From contig OZ360221.1 of NCBI GenBank assembly GCA_977017645.1, positions 204,848,001 through 204,912,000 on the forward strand: 64,000 nt of DNA, written 5' to 3'. The position numbers and the translations under genes were made by a program. The notes beneath the pieces are model-generated. The model made no database searches, was not told where the DNA came from, and worked only from the letters and a program-made list of their open reading frames with translations. The stretch is from Torpedo marmorata. Lineage: Eukaryota. Below, piece after piece: positions 36,999 through 48,802 of the stretch (positions are counted from its first letter, which is position 1; each line of letters begins with the position of its first letter).

Positions 36999-37520
36999 CA
37001 AAGAAACAAGGAATTGGAAAAAGAGCAAACAGAAACAAAGGAAACAACAGAAATCAATGTTATAACCTCGGTCAGACAAGTGGTCTTATCGGGGCCGGTA
37101 TAGAAGAAGGTCAAGAATTATGTTGAAAACCATGGGACAAGAAAAGGTAGTTGAAACCAGCATTGTTTCAGGCTTAGAGGTTGCTGGATTGGATGACAAA
37201 AAATTTTGTGATCTTCCAAGTTTATATACTCAGAAGACTAATCCTGTGCACGAAGGAAACATTCCGCATCAAAATGATTTCCATCATTTGTCTTATCTGT
37301 GGAAGGTTTATTTACCTTAAGTTAATTCTGAAATAGAAATGCTGATTGGTTCAGATGTTTTGGAAACATTAGAAGTAATACGGAGTAAAGGGAATGGACC
37401 TTACGCTGTTAGAACCAAGTTTGGTTGGACAATTAATGGACCATTGGAAAGAAATAATGATATTGCACAGGAACAGTTAGTGATAAATATTAACAGCATT
37501 TTGGTTGTGAAAGTTGATTT
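36999..37520 (+). mobile_element. Deleted duplicate of the BEL protease region
   Basis: Similar to 34199-34867 with an internal deletion ([27 protein letters not shown]). Confidence 0.85.
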
Positions 37521-38299
37521 AAAGGTTGATCAAACTACAGTATATTTCGGCATATAAGTCGAGTCTTGAAACCCTCATCTCAAAATGGGGGTCGACTTAT
37601 ACGCCAGATATACTTTTGAGAAATTCAGCTCAAAAACCGCTCCACGCTGATTCGGCGTATAAGTCGACCCTTGAAAACCCGATTCGGTGTATAAGTCGAC
37701 CCTTGAAAACCCCAAAAAAACCCGACTGCAACAAATTTTCATTGAAAACAACAACACATTTAGAACCTTTCAAAATCACTTTTGCTATCATCGTCTGAGG
37801 CAAAGATCTCCGCAAGCACATCCGGGGTCTCACTGTTTAAACAGTCATCATACGGGTCCCAGTCTGTATCTGATGAGGCGGCTTCAGCTTCGTCGTCAGT
37901 GTCCCACAATAAATAATCTTCCGCACCATCAATTGCACAAGAGATACCGCACTTTTTAAACGACCGGTATTTTATTAGTCTCTACTTTCACTTTGTCCCA
38001 TGCCTTGAGCACGAAGTCACACAGCACATCAAGCGATGCGGCACGCATTGCCCTGCCTTTTGTAAATGATTTTTCTGCACTCGACACCCATGTATTCCAC
38101 TCTTCACGCACATGGTCTTTGAATGGCTTGTTCAAGCAGACATCGAGAGGTTGCAATATAGACGTCAAACCACCTGGGATAACCGCCATGTAAGTATTAT
38201 GTTGTGCTAATCTACTTTTAGTCTTCTCAGTTAAGTGGCTACGAAACATATCCCAGACCAGCAAACTCCGTTCCTTGCGTAAACCGCCTGGCCGCCTGT

Positions 38300-41200
38300 T
38301 CAGAATCAGAATTTATTGTCATGAACAAGTCATGAAATTCGGTGCTTTGCGGCAGCATCATAGTGCAATTAACATTCATATTAACCATTCTAACGACATT
38401 ACTATATAAAATTATAAACAATAGTGCACTAGTGTCTTTGGTTCATTGATTGTTCAGGAATCTGATGGCAGCGGGGAAGAAGCTGACCTTGTGCCGTTGA
38501 GTGCTCGTCTTTAGGCTCCTGTACCTTTTCCCCGATGGAAGCAGCGTGAAGAGGGCATGGCCTGGGTGGTGGGGGTCCTTGAGGATAGAGGCTGCTTTAT
38601 TAAGACATCGCCTCATGTAGATGTCCTCGATGGAGTGAAGTTTGGTGCCCGTGATGTCACAAGCCGAGGTAACAACCTTCTGGAGTTTGCACTTGTCCTG
38701 GGAGTTGGCACCACCATACCAGGCAGTGATGCAACCAGCTAGAATGCTCTCCACGGTACACCTGTAGAAGTTCACAAGAGTCTTTGGCGACATACCGAAT
38801 CTCCGCAATCGCCTCACAAAGTATAGCCGCTGACGAGCCTTCTTTGTGATTGCATCCACGTGGATGCTCCAGGACAGATCCTCGGAGATGTTGACACCCA
38901 GGAATTTGAAGTTCTTGACCCTCTCCACGACTGAGCCCTCGATGAGGACTGGGTTGTGTTCCCCTGACTTCCTCCTGAAGTCCACAATCATCTCCTTGGT
39001 TTTACTGACGTTGAGCTCGAGGTTGTTGTCATTACACCATTCAATGAGCTGATCTATCTCCCTCCTGTACGCTTCCTCATTGCCGTTTGTGATTCTGCCG
39101 ACAACTGTGGTGTCATCGGCAAACTTGTATATGGCATTGGAATTGTGCCTGGCCTCACAGTCATGAGTGTATAGCGAGTAGAGCAGTGGGCTAAGCACAC
39201 ATCCTTGGGGTGCGCCTGTGTTGATAATCAGTGAGGAGGAGACGTTGTTTCCAATTCGTACTGACTGTGGTCTTCCGATGAGAAAGTCAAGGATCCAGTT
39301 GCAGAGTGGGGTACAGAGGCCTAGAGTTTGTAGCTTCTTGACCAGCACTGAGGGAATAATGGTATTGAAGGCCGAGCTGTAGTCTATGAAGAGCAGCCGT
39401 ATGTATGAATTGCTGTTTTCGAGGTGATCCAGAGCTGAGTGGAGAGCCAGCGATATTGCATCTGCTGTGGAGCGATTGTGACGATAGGCGAATTGCAGTG
39501 GGTCCAGGTCTTTGCTTAGGTATGTGTTAATTCTGGTCATGACCAGCCTCTCAAAACATTTCATCACCGTAGAAGTTAGTGCTACTGGGCGATAGTCGTT
39601 GAGGCAGCTCACACTACTCTTCTTGGGCACCGGGATGATTGATGCCCTTTTGAAGCAGGTGGGAACCTCTGACTGCCGCAATGAGAGGTTGAAAATGTCC
39701 GTGAACACTCCGGCTAGTTGGTTGGCGCAGATTTTCAATACCCTGCCAGGTACGCCGTCAGGGCCTGACGCCTTGCGAGGGTTCACCCTCTTGAATGATG
39801 TTCTGACGTCGCCCTCAGAGACAGATATCACAGGGTCCTCTGCCCTCTCAGGGATTCTATTAGGCACCGTTTTGTTCTTCTTCTCAAAGCGGGCATAGAA
39901 GGTGTTCAGCTCATCGGGTAGTGAAGCATCACAGCCGTCTATAGTGTTCCCTCTCGTTTTGTAGGCTGTAATGGCCTGCACTCCCTGCCATAGCTGCCGT
40001 GTATCTGTCTCTGTCTCTAGCTTCCTTCGGAATTGCCACTTTCCTTCAGAGATGGCCTTCCGCAGGTCGTGCCTGGACTTTTTGTAAAGATCCCGGTCCC
40101 CTTCTTTAAACGCCCTTGTTCTCGTCCTCAGCAAGTTGCGAATTCTTTGATTCATCCAGGGCTTCTGGTTGGGGAACACCCGGTATTTGCGCGTGGGCAC
40201 ACACTCATCCACGCAGGTCTTGATGAAGTCGGTGACACTTGTTGCATATTCATTTATGTCTATGGCTGAGTGCTTGAATATGTTCCAGTCCACCGAGTCA
40301 AAGCAGTCCTGCAGACGCTCCTCCGCCTCCCTTGACCACACTTTCGCTGTCCTCTCCACTGTTGCTGTGGACTTTAGTCTCTGCTTGTACGCCGGGAGTA
40401 GAAGTACAGCCAGGTGATCAGACTTGCCGAAGTGCGGTCGTGGTATGGCTCGGTAGGCGTTCTTCACGGTGGTGTAGCAGTGGTCAAGTGTGTTGGTTCC
40501 CCTGGTCTCGCAAGTGACGTGTTGGTGGTAGTTTGTCAGTGACTTCTTCAGGTTGGCCTGATTGAAGTCTCCCACAATGATCGGGAAGGCATCAGGATGT
40601 GCTGTCTCATGGCTGTTTATCACAGTGCTCAGTCCCTCCAGTGCCAGCCTGACGTTAGCCTGGGGCGGAATGTACACTGCGACCAGGATGATGGCGGTGA
40701 ACTCCCTCGGCAGATAGAATGGGCGACACTTGATCGCCAGATGTTCTAGGTCGGGGGAGCAGGACTGGGACATGATCGTCACGTCTGTGCACCACGATGA
40801 ATTGATGATGACACACACGCCGCCTCCCCTGGTTTTTCCAGACGCCGGTGTTCGGTCAGCGCGGTGGAGGGTGTAGCCCTTGGGCTGTAGCGCCGTGTCC
40901 GGAATGTCCTTGTTTAGCCACGTTTCTGTGAAGCACATCACGCAGCACTCCCTGATGACTCCCTGATATTGAATTCTGGCTTGGAGTTCATCAAATTTGT
41001 TCTCCAAGGATTGAACGTTGGCCAGTAGGATGGTAGGGAGCGGAAGCTTCAGGTCCCCCCTTCTCAGTTTGACCTGTAGCCCCCCTCTGCGTCCCCGTGG
41101 TCGGGACTTCTTTACCTGGCCCTTGGATCCGCGTCTACGTGGTCGGGGCTTCTTTACCTGGCCCTTGGATCCGCTGCCGGTAGGTCCCGCAGTGTTTAAA

Positions 41201-41581
41201 CGGACGGTGCGCTGTCCCTTTAAATCCTGCGCGATTTGTAATTGTGTTGATTGCCTGCTGTCTGCGGCTCCCGCGAAGTTTGAACGGCCCGTTCTCTGGC
41301 CGTTTAAAACTCCCGCGGTGCCGCAGCTGCTGTACCTGCGTGATTTGATTGGAGGTCCCGCGGCCCGACGGAGACTGCAGCTGTACCTTCGTAAGTTCTT
41401 TAAAGGTCCCCCGGTTCCGATTCCGAGTTCTTCCAGCGATCTTTGGACATCCCCGTTGTAGGGTAAGTATGTTTTTGTGTTCGTTCTGATTTTTAGGAGT
41501 TCTGACCAGGAATACTTGATTATTCCCGTCAGAGCTGCTCGCAAAGAGTCGCCGGTGCAAGGCGCCGGTGCAAGGCGCCAT
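38300..41581 (-). mobile_element. Apparently full-length Rex1/Babar-like LINE
   Basis: 5' ATGGCGCC start, single long ORF, 3' AATAAATTCTGATTCTGA tail; inserted in the pogo transposase between WIDN and NRRPGGL. Confidence 0.9.
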
Positions 41582-41592
41582 TGTCTATCCAT
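38443..41592 (-). CDS. Intact APE endonuclease-reverse transcriptase ORF (1049 aa)
   Basis: NVQSL..FTETWL..GDFN..SDH (APE); [38 protein letters not shown]; C-terminal LPSGKRYR; no stops. Confidence 0.9.
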   Translation of the reverse strand: MDRQWRLAPAPCTGDSLRAALTGIIKYSWSELLKIRTNTKTYLPYNGDVQRSLEELGIGTGGPLKNLRRYSCSLRRAAGPPIKSRRYSSCGTAGVLNGQRTGRSNFAGAADSRQSTQLQIAQDLKGQRTVRLNTAGPTGSGSKGQVKKPRPRRRGSKGQVKKSRPRGRRGGLQVKLRRGDLKLPLPTILLANVQSLENKFDELQARIQYQGVIRECCVMCFTETWLNKDIPDTALQPKGYTLHRADRTPASGKTRGGGVCVIINSSWCTDVTIMSQSCSPDLEHLAIKCRPFYLPREFTAIILVAVYIPPQANVRLALEGLSTVINSHETAHPDAFPIIVGDFNQANLKKSLTNYHQHVTCETRGTNTLDHCYTTVKNAYRAIPRPHFGKSDHLAVLLLPAYKQRLKSTATVERTAKVWSREAEERLQDCFDSVDWNIFKHSAIDINEYATSVTDFIKTCVDECVPTRKYRVFPNQKPWMNQRIRNLLRTRTRAFKEGDRDLYKKSRHDLRKAISEGKWQFRRKLETETDTRQLWQGVQAITAYKTRGNTIDGCDASLPDELNTFYARFEKKNKTVPNRIPERAEDPVISVSEGDVRTSFKRVNPRKASGPDGVPGRVLKICANQLAGVFTDIFNLSLRQSEVPTCFKRASIIPVPKKSSVSCLNDYRPVALTSTVMKCFERLVMTRINTYLSKDLDPLQFAYRHNRSTADAISLALHSALDHLENSNSYIRLLFIDYSSAFNTIIPSVLVKKLQTLGLCTPLCNWILDFLIGRPQSVRIGNNVSSSLIINTGAPQGCVLSPLLYSLYTHDCEARHNSNAIYKFADDTTVVGRITNGNEEAYRREIDQLIEWCNDNNLELNVSKTKEMIVDFRRKSGEHNPVLIEGSVVERVKNFKFLGVNISEDLSWSIHVDAITKKARQRLYFVRRLRRFGMSPKTLVNFYRCTVESILAGCITAWYGGANSQDKCKLQKVVTSACDITGTKLHSIEDIYMRRCLNKAASILKDPHHPGHALFTLLPSGKRYRSLKTSTQRHKVSFFPAAIRFLNNQ

Positions 41593-42689
41593 AGTTTTAC
41601 ACCATTTTCATCCATGCATCCTTTTTCATGAAAATGTACAAAAATACCCACAGGGAATTTTATTTTAGGTTTAAATTTGCATTTGAAGATTACCATGGGT
41701 CTTAACTTTGTCCTGTCGGCCATGCACGATAACACCACGGTAAACCTGGTCCTTTCATGGCCTGTACTCCTGGTTTGCACAGTTTTCACACCTTTCCATT
41801 CCACTGTTCTATTGCTATCATGTCGAAATTCATGGGGGTTTCGTTCATGTTTCCAATATTTGCCAATGCATACTTGTGTTTCTGCTGGTTACGTATAATA
41901 AACTGGTGAAAACTTACAACTTTATGATCAAGATCTTTTGGTAGTTTCTGAGGAATTTTAGTTTTTTGTAGTAATACCAGATTTTTCCTGTTCATGAAAC
42001 GGTTGCACCAGCCTACTGTAGCTTCAAAATCATTACTGAGTTTTGGGTGTGACTTTGCCCACTTCAGTGCAAATGTTCTTAATTTATTTCGGGTGACTAT
42101 GTAGCAATCTTGCCTCTGTTCACGTACCCATGCTGCAACATAATTTTACAACTCTGGCCAACGAGTGATTCCTCTTCTCATCGAACATTGCCTTTTTGGT
42201 ATCTTTCTTAAAGTCTCTTCTTTCTTCCTCCAATCTCTTACCAACTTCTCATATCAAATTTTCTTGCAGCAGCACAGTTGTTGGTTTTCTTGGCTATTTC
42301 TATCACTTTTAATTTAAAACTCGCCTCATACTTTTGTCGTTTCAATGGACCCTCCACGATAACAATCACCTCCAGCTAACGCCCAGCAGCTCAATCATCA
42401 CGATTTTTGGGGGTCGACCTATACGCCGAGCATCTCAGGCCTCGCGATTTTTTGGGGGTCGACTTATACGCCCGATATACAATAAAACCATTAAAATGTG
42501 GCTGAAAAAGGGGGGGTCGACTCATCTGTGGGCCAACTTATACATCGAAATATACGGTAGTTCCTTTGAATTGAAGTATTTTGAAATATAGAAATAATTA
42601 AAAATGATTTTTCTTTGTTTAACTGGTTTTACAATGTCTGGGTTAGTTTCTATACACTGTGTCTTAACATATCTGTTTTGCTTTCATAG

Positions 42690-42740
42690 GAGTATAAATG
42701 ATTTGCCGAGGTTTTCTGCAGGAGCTGAGTTACTAAGCAG
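42690..42740 (+). CDS. DTNBP1: Dysbindin-1 coding exon 3 (SINDLPRFSAGAELLSR)
   Basis: TTTTGCTTTCATAG acceptor, GTAAGG donor, 51 nt, phase 2/2; resembles human TVPFLPKYSAGLELLSR. Confidence 0.92.
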
Positions 42741-43139
42741 GTAAGGACTTTTATGCATGTTTGATTAGAATTTAGAATGGAAGCATGCAAATTTTTTAAA
42801 GGAAAATTTTACTCATCACATCTAGTCAAGATGACAAATACAAAAGACAATTTTGTCAATAAAAATGCATCAGGACAATGCCTTACCATGCCAACAGAGA
42901 TCCTATGTGTTTGAAAGCAAATGAAGTTGTGATTTCATTCACTGAAAATCAATGGAATGGGTGCAAATATAGTTCCTAAACACATTAATTTTATGTGATG
43001 TTGTAGCCATTACATAATTTATCTCAGATTAGAACACCTATTGGAGCTTGCATTCCGTTCTGCTGTATTAACTTTCTTCTGTTTCATATGCTTATTTTTG
43101 TTTTAAAATTGTACCTGCAAAGGAACTTCGACTAAGCAC

Positions 43140-46100
43140 GGCTATAGAAAGGGAGGACGCTGCAGAGGGAGTGTCCACTGAGTCGGTGTGGGTGGAAGTC
43201 AGAAATAGGAAGGGAGCTATCACTGCTGGGAGTAGTCTTTTGGCCCCCAAATAGCCCTCGGGACACCGAGGAGCAGATAAGCAGGCAGATTTTGGAATGA
43301 TGCGGGAAATACAGGGTTGTAGTTATGGGTGATTTCAACTTCCCTAATATTGTCTGGCACCTACTGACTGCAAGAGGGATAGATGGGGCTGAATTTGTCA
43401 GCTGTGTGCAAGAAGGATTCCTGACACAGTATGTGGACTGGCCGACTAGTGGAGAGGCCATACTGGATCTGGTTCTGGGGAATGAACCTGGTCAGGTGGC
43501 GGAGCATTTTGGTGAGAGTGACCACAACTCCCTTAGCTTCAACATAGCTATGGAAAAGGATAAAAACAGTCAAACTGGGAAAGTGCTTAACTGGGGAAGG
43601 GCTAATTATGAAGGGATGAGGCAGAAATTAGCGAGAATAAATTGGAAACAGATGTTTAAGGGTGAAAGCACAGAAGTAATGTGGAGGAAGTTTAGGGACC
43701 ACTTGTGCAGGGTTTAAGATAAGTTTGTCCCACTGGGACAAGGAAAAGATGGTAGGAAAAGGGAACCGTGGCTGACGAAACAGGTCAGGCAACTAGTCAA
43801 GAGGAAGAAGGAAGCATACATTAGATATAGGAAGCAGGAAGGGCTCATGAGAAGTATATGGTAGCCAGGAAGAAGCTTAAGAAAGGACTTAGGAGAGTTC
43901 GAAGGGGGCATGAGAAGGCCTTGGCATGTAGAATTAAGGAGAACCCCCAAGGTGTTCTATGTGTATGTGAAGAACTGAAGGATGACGAGAATGAAGGTGG
44001 GGCCGCTAAAGGAGGCAACATGTGCCTGGAGGCAGAGGAGGTTGGGGAGGTCCTAAATGAATACTTTGCGTCAGTATTCACAAGAGAAAAGGACTTTGAT
44101 CACGGTGATGTTGAAATTGAACAGGCCTGTGTGCTGGACAATGTGGAGATTAAGGAAGTAGAAGTGTTGGATCTTCTTAAAAACATCAAGATTCAAAGAT
44201 TGAAAGAAAAATTTGATATATTAGATAATACATGGTTAGCTTATTATCAGGTTAAAGCTTTTTTAGTTGAGAAATTAGGAGAAAATTTGATTGCTCCAAG
44301 GTATAATGAGTTAGAATTACTAATTACTAAAGCAAATGTTAATAAGTTTATTTCTCAAATGTATAAATTATTTCAGAGAAAAATGCCTAAAGTAGGATTA
44401 CATAAATCAAGATTAAAATGGGAATTAGATTTAAATATTAATATAGCTCAAAAACATTGGGAAGATTTATGTAAGTTAAGTATGACTAAAGTTATTAATG
44501 TTAGGTATAGATTGGTACAATATAATTTTTTTCATCAATTATATTTAACACCAAAAAAATTAAAGAAATTTAATCCGACATTGTCAGATTTGTGTTTTAG
44601 ATGTAAGAATGAAGTAGGTTCCTTTGTTCATTCTACATGGTTATGTCCAAAGATTCAAGATTTTTGGCTTAAAGTTAAGAATTTTTTAGAGAATTTTTAA
44701 TGTTAGGTTTCCAATGGATCCTATGTTATTTCTATTTGGAGATATTAGAAAATTTAGTATTAGGAATAGATTGAATATGTATCAGGTAGAATTTTTGCGT
44801 ATTGCTTTAGCTGTTTCAAAAAAATGTATTGCTATTACTTGGAAATCAGATTTAGATTTAAATTTAGATAGATGGCATGCAGAACTTCGTTCGTGTATTC
44901 CTTTGGAAAAAATTACTTATAATTTACGTAATAAATATCATTCTTTTTAAAAAATTTGGAGCCCATATATGAGAGTTATGGGTTTAAGGATTTGAAATTT
45001 TTGGAAATCAGGTCTATTGGCGAGTTTAACCTCCAGATTAAAATTGGTTTTCAGATGGTTCTCTCCTCACTATTAATCTCTTTTTCTTTTTCTTTTTTCT
45101 TTTTCTATTTTTAGAATAGTGGGGTTGGGGAGGGGTGGGAGGGTGCGGGGGGAGTAAATTTATATCACTGTATTTTGGAAACTATATTTTGAATTATGTA
45201 TTGTGTGATTTAAAAAATTTAAATAAAATAATAAAAAAATAAAAAAATAAATAATAATAAAAAAAACATCAAGATTGATAAGTCCCCGGGGCCGGAAGTG
45301 ATATACCCCAGGCTACTGTGGGAAGTGAAAGAGATAGCTGGGACAGTAGCTATGATCTTTGAATCCTCTGCTTTGGCTGCAGGGGAGGTGCCGGAGGATT
45401 GGAGAATGGCAAATGTAGTCCCCTTGCTTAAAGGTAATAGGGAGAATCCTGGGAATTATAGACCGGTGAGTCTTACGTCAGTGGTGTGCAAACTAATGGA
45501 GAGGATTCTTAAGGATAGGATCTATGAGCATTTGGAGAAGTACAATCTACTCAAGGATAGTCAGCATAGCTTTGTGAAGGGAAGGTCGTGCCTCACAAGT
45601 CTAATTGAGTTTTTTGAGGAGGTAACAAAAGAAATTGATGAGGGTAGGGCGGTAGATGTGGTCTACATGGATTTTAGCAAGTCATTTGACAAGGTCCCTT
45701 ACGAGAGACTCATCCGGAAAGTCATGAGGCACGAGATCAGTGGAACCTTGGCTGTGTGGATAAAAAAAATTGCCTTGTAGGAAGAAAGCAGAGAGTAGTA
45801 GTGGAAGGAAAGTACTCTGCCTGGAGGTCAGTGACTAGTGGAGTGCTGCAGGGAACTGTTCTGGGACCCCTGCTCTTTGTGATTTTAATAAATGACCTGG
45901 ATGAAGAGGTGGAAGGATGGGTCAGTAAGTTTGCAGATGACACGAAGGTTGGAGTTGTGGATGGAGCTGAAGGTTGACGAAAGTTACAAGAGGATATAGA
46001 CAGGATGCAGAGTTGGGCAGAAAAGTGGCAAATGGATTTCAATCCAGATAAGTGTGAGGTGATGCATTTTGGAAGGACAAACCAGAAGGCTGAGTACAGG

Positions 46101-46836
46101 GTTAATGGTCGGTTACTTAAACAGAGGGACCTTGGGGTTCAAATCCATACATCCCTCAAAGTCGCCGCACAGGTTGATAGGATAGTTAAGAAGGCCTATG
46201 GGATGCTGGGATTCATTAATAGGGGGATTGAATTCAGGAGTAGAGAGGTCATGTTGCAACTCTACAAATCTCTGGTGAGACCACACTTAGAGTATTGTGT
46301 TCAGTTCTGGTCACCTCATTATAGGAAGGATGTGGAAGCTATGGAGATGGTGCAGAGGAGATTTACCAGGATGTTGCCTGGATTGGGAAATCAGTCTTAT
46401 GAGGCAAGGTTAGCAGAGCTGGGACTTTTCTCTTTGGAGCATAGAAGGATGAGAGGAGACTTGATAGAGATCTACAAGATTATGAGAGGCATAGATAGGG
46501 TGGACAGCCAGCACTTGTTTCCCAGGGCAAGATCAGCAAATACCAGAGGACATACTTAGAAAGTTAAGGGAGGGAAGTTGAGGGGAGACATCAGGGGTAA
46601 GTTTATTTTTTTTAAATTTTTTTTTTTTTTATATAGAGTTGTGGGTGCCTGGAATGCCTTGCCAGGGATGGTGATTGATGCTGAAACATTGGGGGCATTT
46701 AAGAGACTCTTGGACAGACACATGGATGAAAGAAAAATAGAGGGTTATGGGGTAGGGAGGGTTTAGTACTTTTTTTAGGTAGGAATATATGGGTCGGCAC
46801 AACATCGAGGGCCGAAGGGCCTGCACTGCTGTATTG
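43140..46836 (+). mobile_element. CR1 LINE ORF2 (EN-RT), frameshifted, with nested L1
   Basis: [60 protein letters not shown]; TTCTATGT tail. Confidence 0.9.
44194..45261 (+). mobile_element. 5'-truncated L1 with 15-bp TSD
   Basis: TSD AAAAACATCAAGATT at 44179-44193 and 45262-45276 at a TT/AAAA site; CFRC..HSTWLCP; poly-A tail. Confidence 0.92.
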
Positions 46837-46844
46837 TTCTATGT

Positions 46845-47218
46845 CAGTGCTTTTCAAACTGCCCCCCTAAATTCACATTCCACCTTAAGCAATCCCTATG
46901 CTATAAAGTGCTCTGTGATTAGTAAGGGATTGCTTAAGGTGGTATGTGAGTGGAAAGAAAAAGGTTTGAAAACCACTGTTTTAATCGTTCCTAATTGACT
47001 CGTTATGTGCACGGTTTCATAACTCCAAAGTAAATGGGCCAATGACAATTTTTCTCAAGCAAAATATTTCAGTAACAATTGGGTCTCGAGCAGTGGTTCT
47101 CAACCTTCCCTTCCCACTCACATATCACATACAATCCCTTACCAATCACAGAGCACTTATGGCATAGGGATTGCTTAAGGTGGAATGTGAGTTTAGGGAG
47201 GCAGTTTGAAAACCACTC
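46845..47218. mobile_element. hAT-type composite MITE (two inverted palindromic halves), 8-bp TSD TTCTATGT
   Basis: Ends CAGTGCTTTTCAAACT / AGTTTGAAAACCACTC; inner TIRs near 46978 and 47091; TTCTATGT on both sides. Confidence 0.85.
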
Positions 47219-47419
47219 TTCTATGTTAAGCACACTGCAGAATGATATACTACTATAAAAACAAAATGCTGGAAATAGCATACCAGACTGTGGAAAGAGA
47301 AACATTTCCGTTGATTTTGTCAGAACAGTGAGGGAGAAAAACAGGTGAGTTTTCAGTGGCAAAGAAAGTGGAGGAGGAATGGGTAGAACAAATGCAATAT
47401 CTCTAATAGGATGAGACCA

Positions 47420-48240
47420 AATGGGTCAATGAGACAGAGTAACTATTAGAAAAACTTCATGGTTCTTTGTCGGTGTAGTGTCTTGTGATTTGTGAGGCCA
47501 TGGCCCAGCAGACCAGAATAAGAAATCCGAGTCAATGTGATGACAGGCGGAAATGCCTCGTTCTGATACATGCAGCTATAAGAATTGGTCACCTGAAGTC
47601 GAGTTTAGTATTGAGTCTGAAAGGCTGCACAGTGCCCAGGTGTGAGATGAGATATTGTTCCTCAAGCTTCTGTGCCTTGTTGTAACCGTGCAGTAGACTA
47701 CAGACAGGTCAGAGTGGGATAGCAGGAGGCAACTGGAAGCTTACGGTCAATCTGCGACTGAACACAGGTGCTCTGCAAAGTGATCATAAATCTGTATTTG
47801 GCTCCTCCAGTGCAGAGGAGAGTGAACTCTGAATGCAGGACACGAGATTAGAAGTGCAAGTGAATCTCTGCTTTCCCTGGAAGGACTGTTAGGGCCCTTG
47901 GATGGTGGGAAGAGATGAAAGAGCAGTTCCATTTCCTGGAGTTGCATGGAAAAATGCCATAAGACGGGGCGTAGTAGTTGGAGACAGATGAACAGATTGG
48001 GTAGTTGCAAAGGAAAGATCCCTTAGAAATGCTGAAATGGATAGGGGATATTGTTGGAGTTGGTGGAAATTGAGAAGGGTGATTTGTTTAATGTGCAGGT
48101 TGGTGGGCTGGAGGTAAGAACCGGGAAACAGTTCTTGCTCGGCCCAGGAGGAGAGGGGTGAGAGCAGAGTGTGGGAAAGTGGATGAGGTGCAGTCATGGA
48201 CTCTGTCCACTATGGTAGAGGGGAGATCGTGGGTTCAGGG
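47420..48240 (-). mobile_element. Degenerate Penelope-like element 3' part
   Basis: Reverse strand has IQGP..DHFAEHLCSV, resembling the GIY-YIG region of fish/shark PLEs; heavily decayed. Confidence 0.5.
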
Positions 48241-48802
48241 TTAATGGAGACCAAGTATCAGTTAAAGCATATTTTAATTTGAGGCTGTGGGATATGACCA
48301 GCAGGCCAGGCTATATGAATAAACTAAGAAAAATTGAGCAAAATTACATTAGACAGAAATAGCCAGTTCTGATCATTAATTTTTCCATTTTATATGTTTG
48401 TAACGTATTATAATGCAATTTTTTTCAATTAATTTTTTCTCTTCTGTTCCCTTGCAAATCTTTCTCTAAAAACTCAAATCTCCCTCTCCAGATTATCCAA
48501 TTCCTGAATATATTCATTAACTTTTGCTGAATAACTTATTATTTGACCTCTTAAATAAGCCTTTAAAGCTTCCTAAATAATAAATTTATTATTAGTCGAA
48601 TTAGAATTAATCTGTAAAAATTCTTGAATTTCTCATAGTTACAAAAATCCATTCTTTTCAATAAGGAAGAATTAAATCTCCATCTATATATGATTTTTCT
48701 TTTTCTGGAATTATACATGACATTAAAAGAGGTGAATGATCAGAAATTATTCTAGCTTTATATTGCGCTTGAATCACCCTTTCTTCTAATTGTGATGACA
48801 AT

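Larger units (their letters stand above)
37538..42557 (-). mobile_element. Pogo (POGK-type) DNA transposon, decayed, interrupted by a Rex1-like LINE
   Basis: TA|CAGTATATTTCGGCATATAAG..CTTATACATCGAAATATACGG|TA. Transposase pieces: Brinker-type KRQKYEASFKLKV, IGNMNETPMNFD, TGHERTRFTVVLSC, LVWDMFRSH, IPGGLTSILQPLDVCLNKPFK. Confidence 0.9.

Noticed and set aside
38557-41461. Plus-strand ORFs opposite the Rex-like element
   Set aside because: Antisense shadow ORFs of a GC-rich coding strand.
43858-44700. 280-aa ORF as a novel protein
   Set aside because: Chance in-frame fusion of CR1 and a nested L1 across the TSD at 44179-44193.
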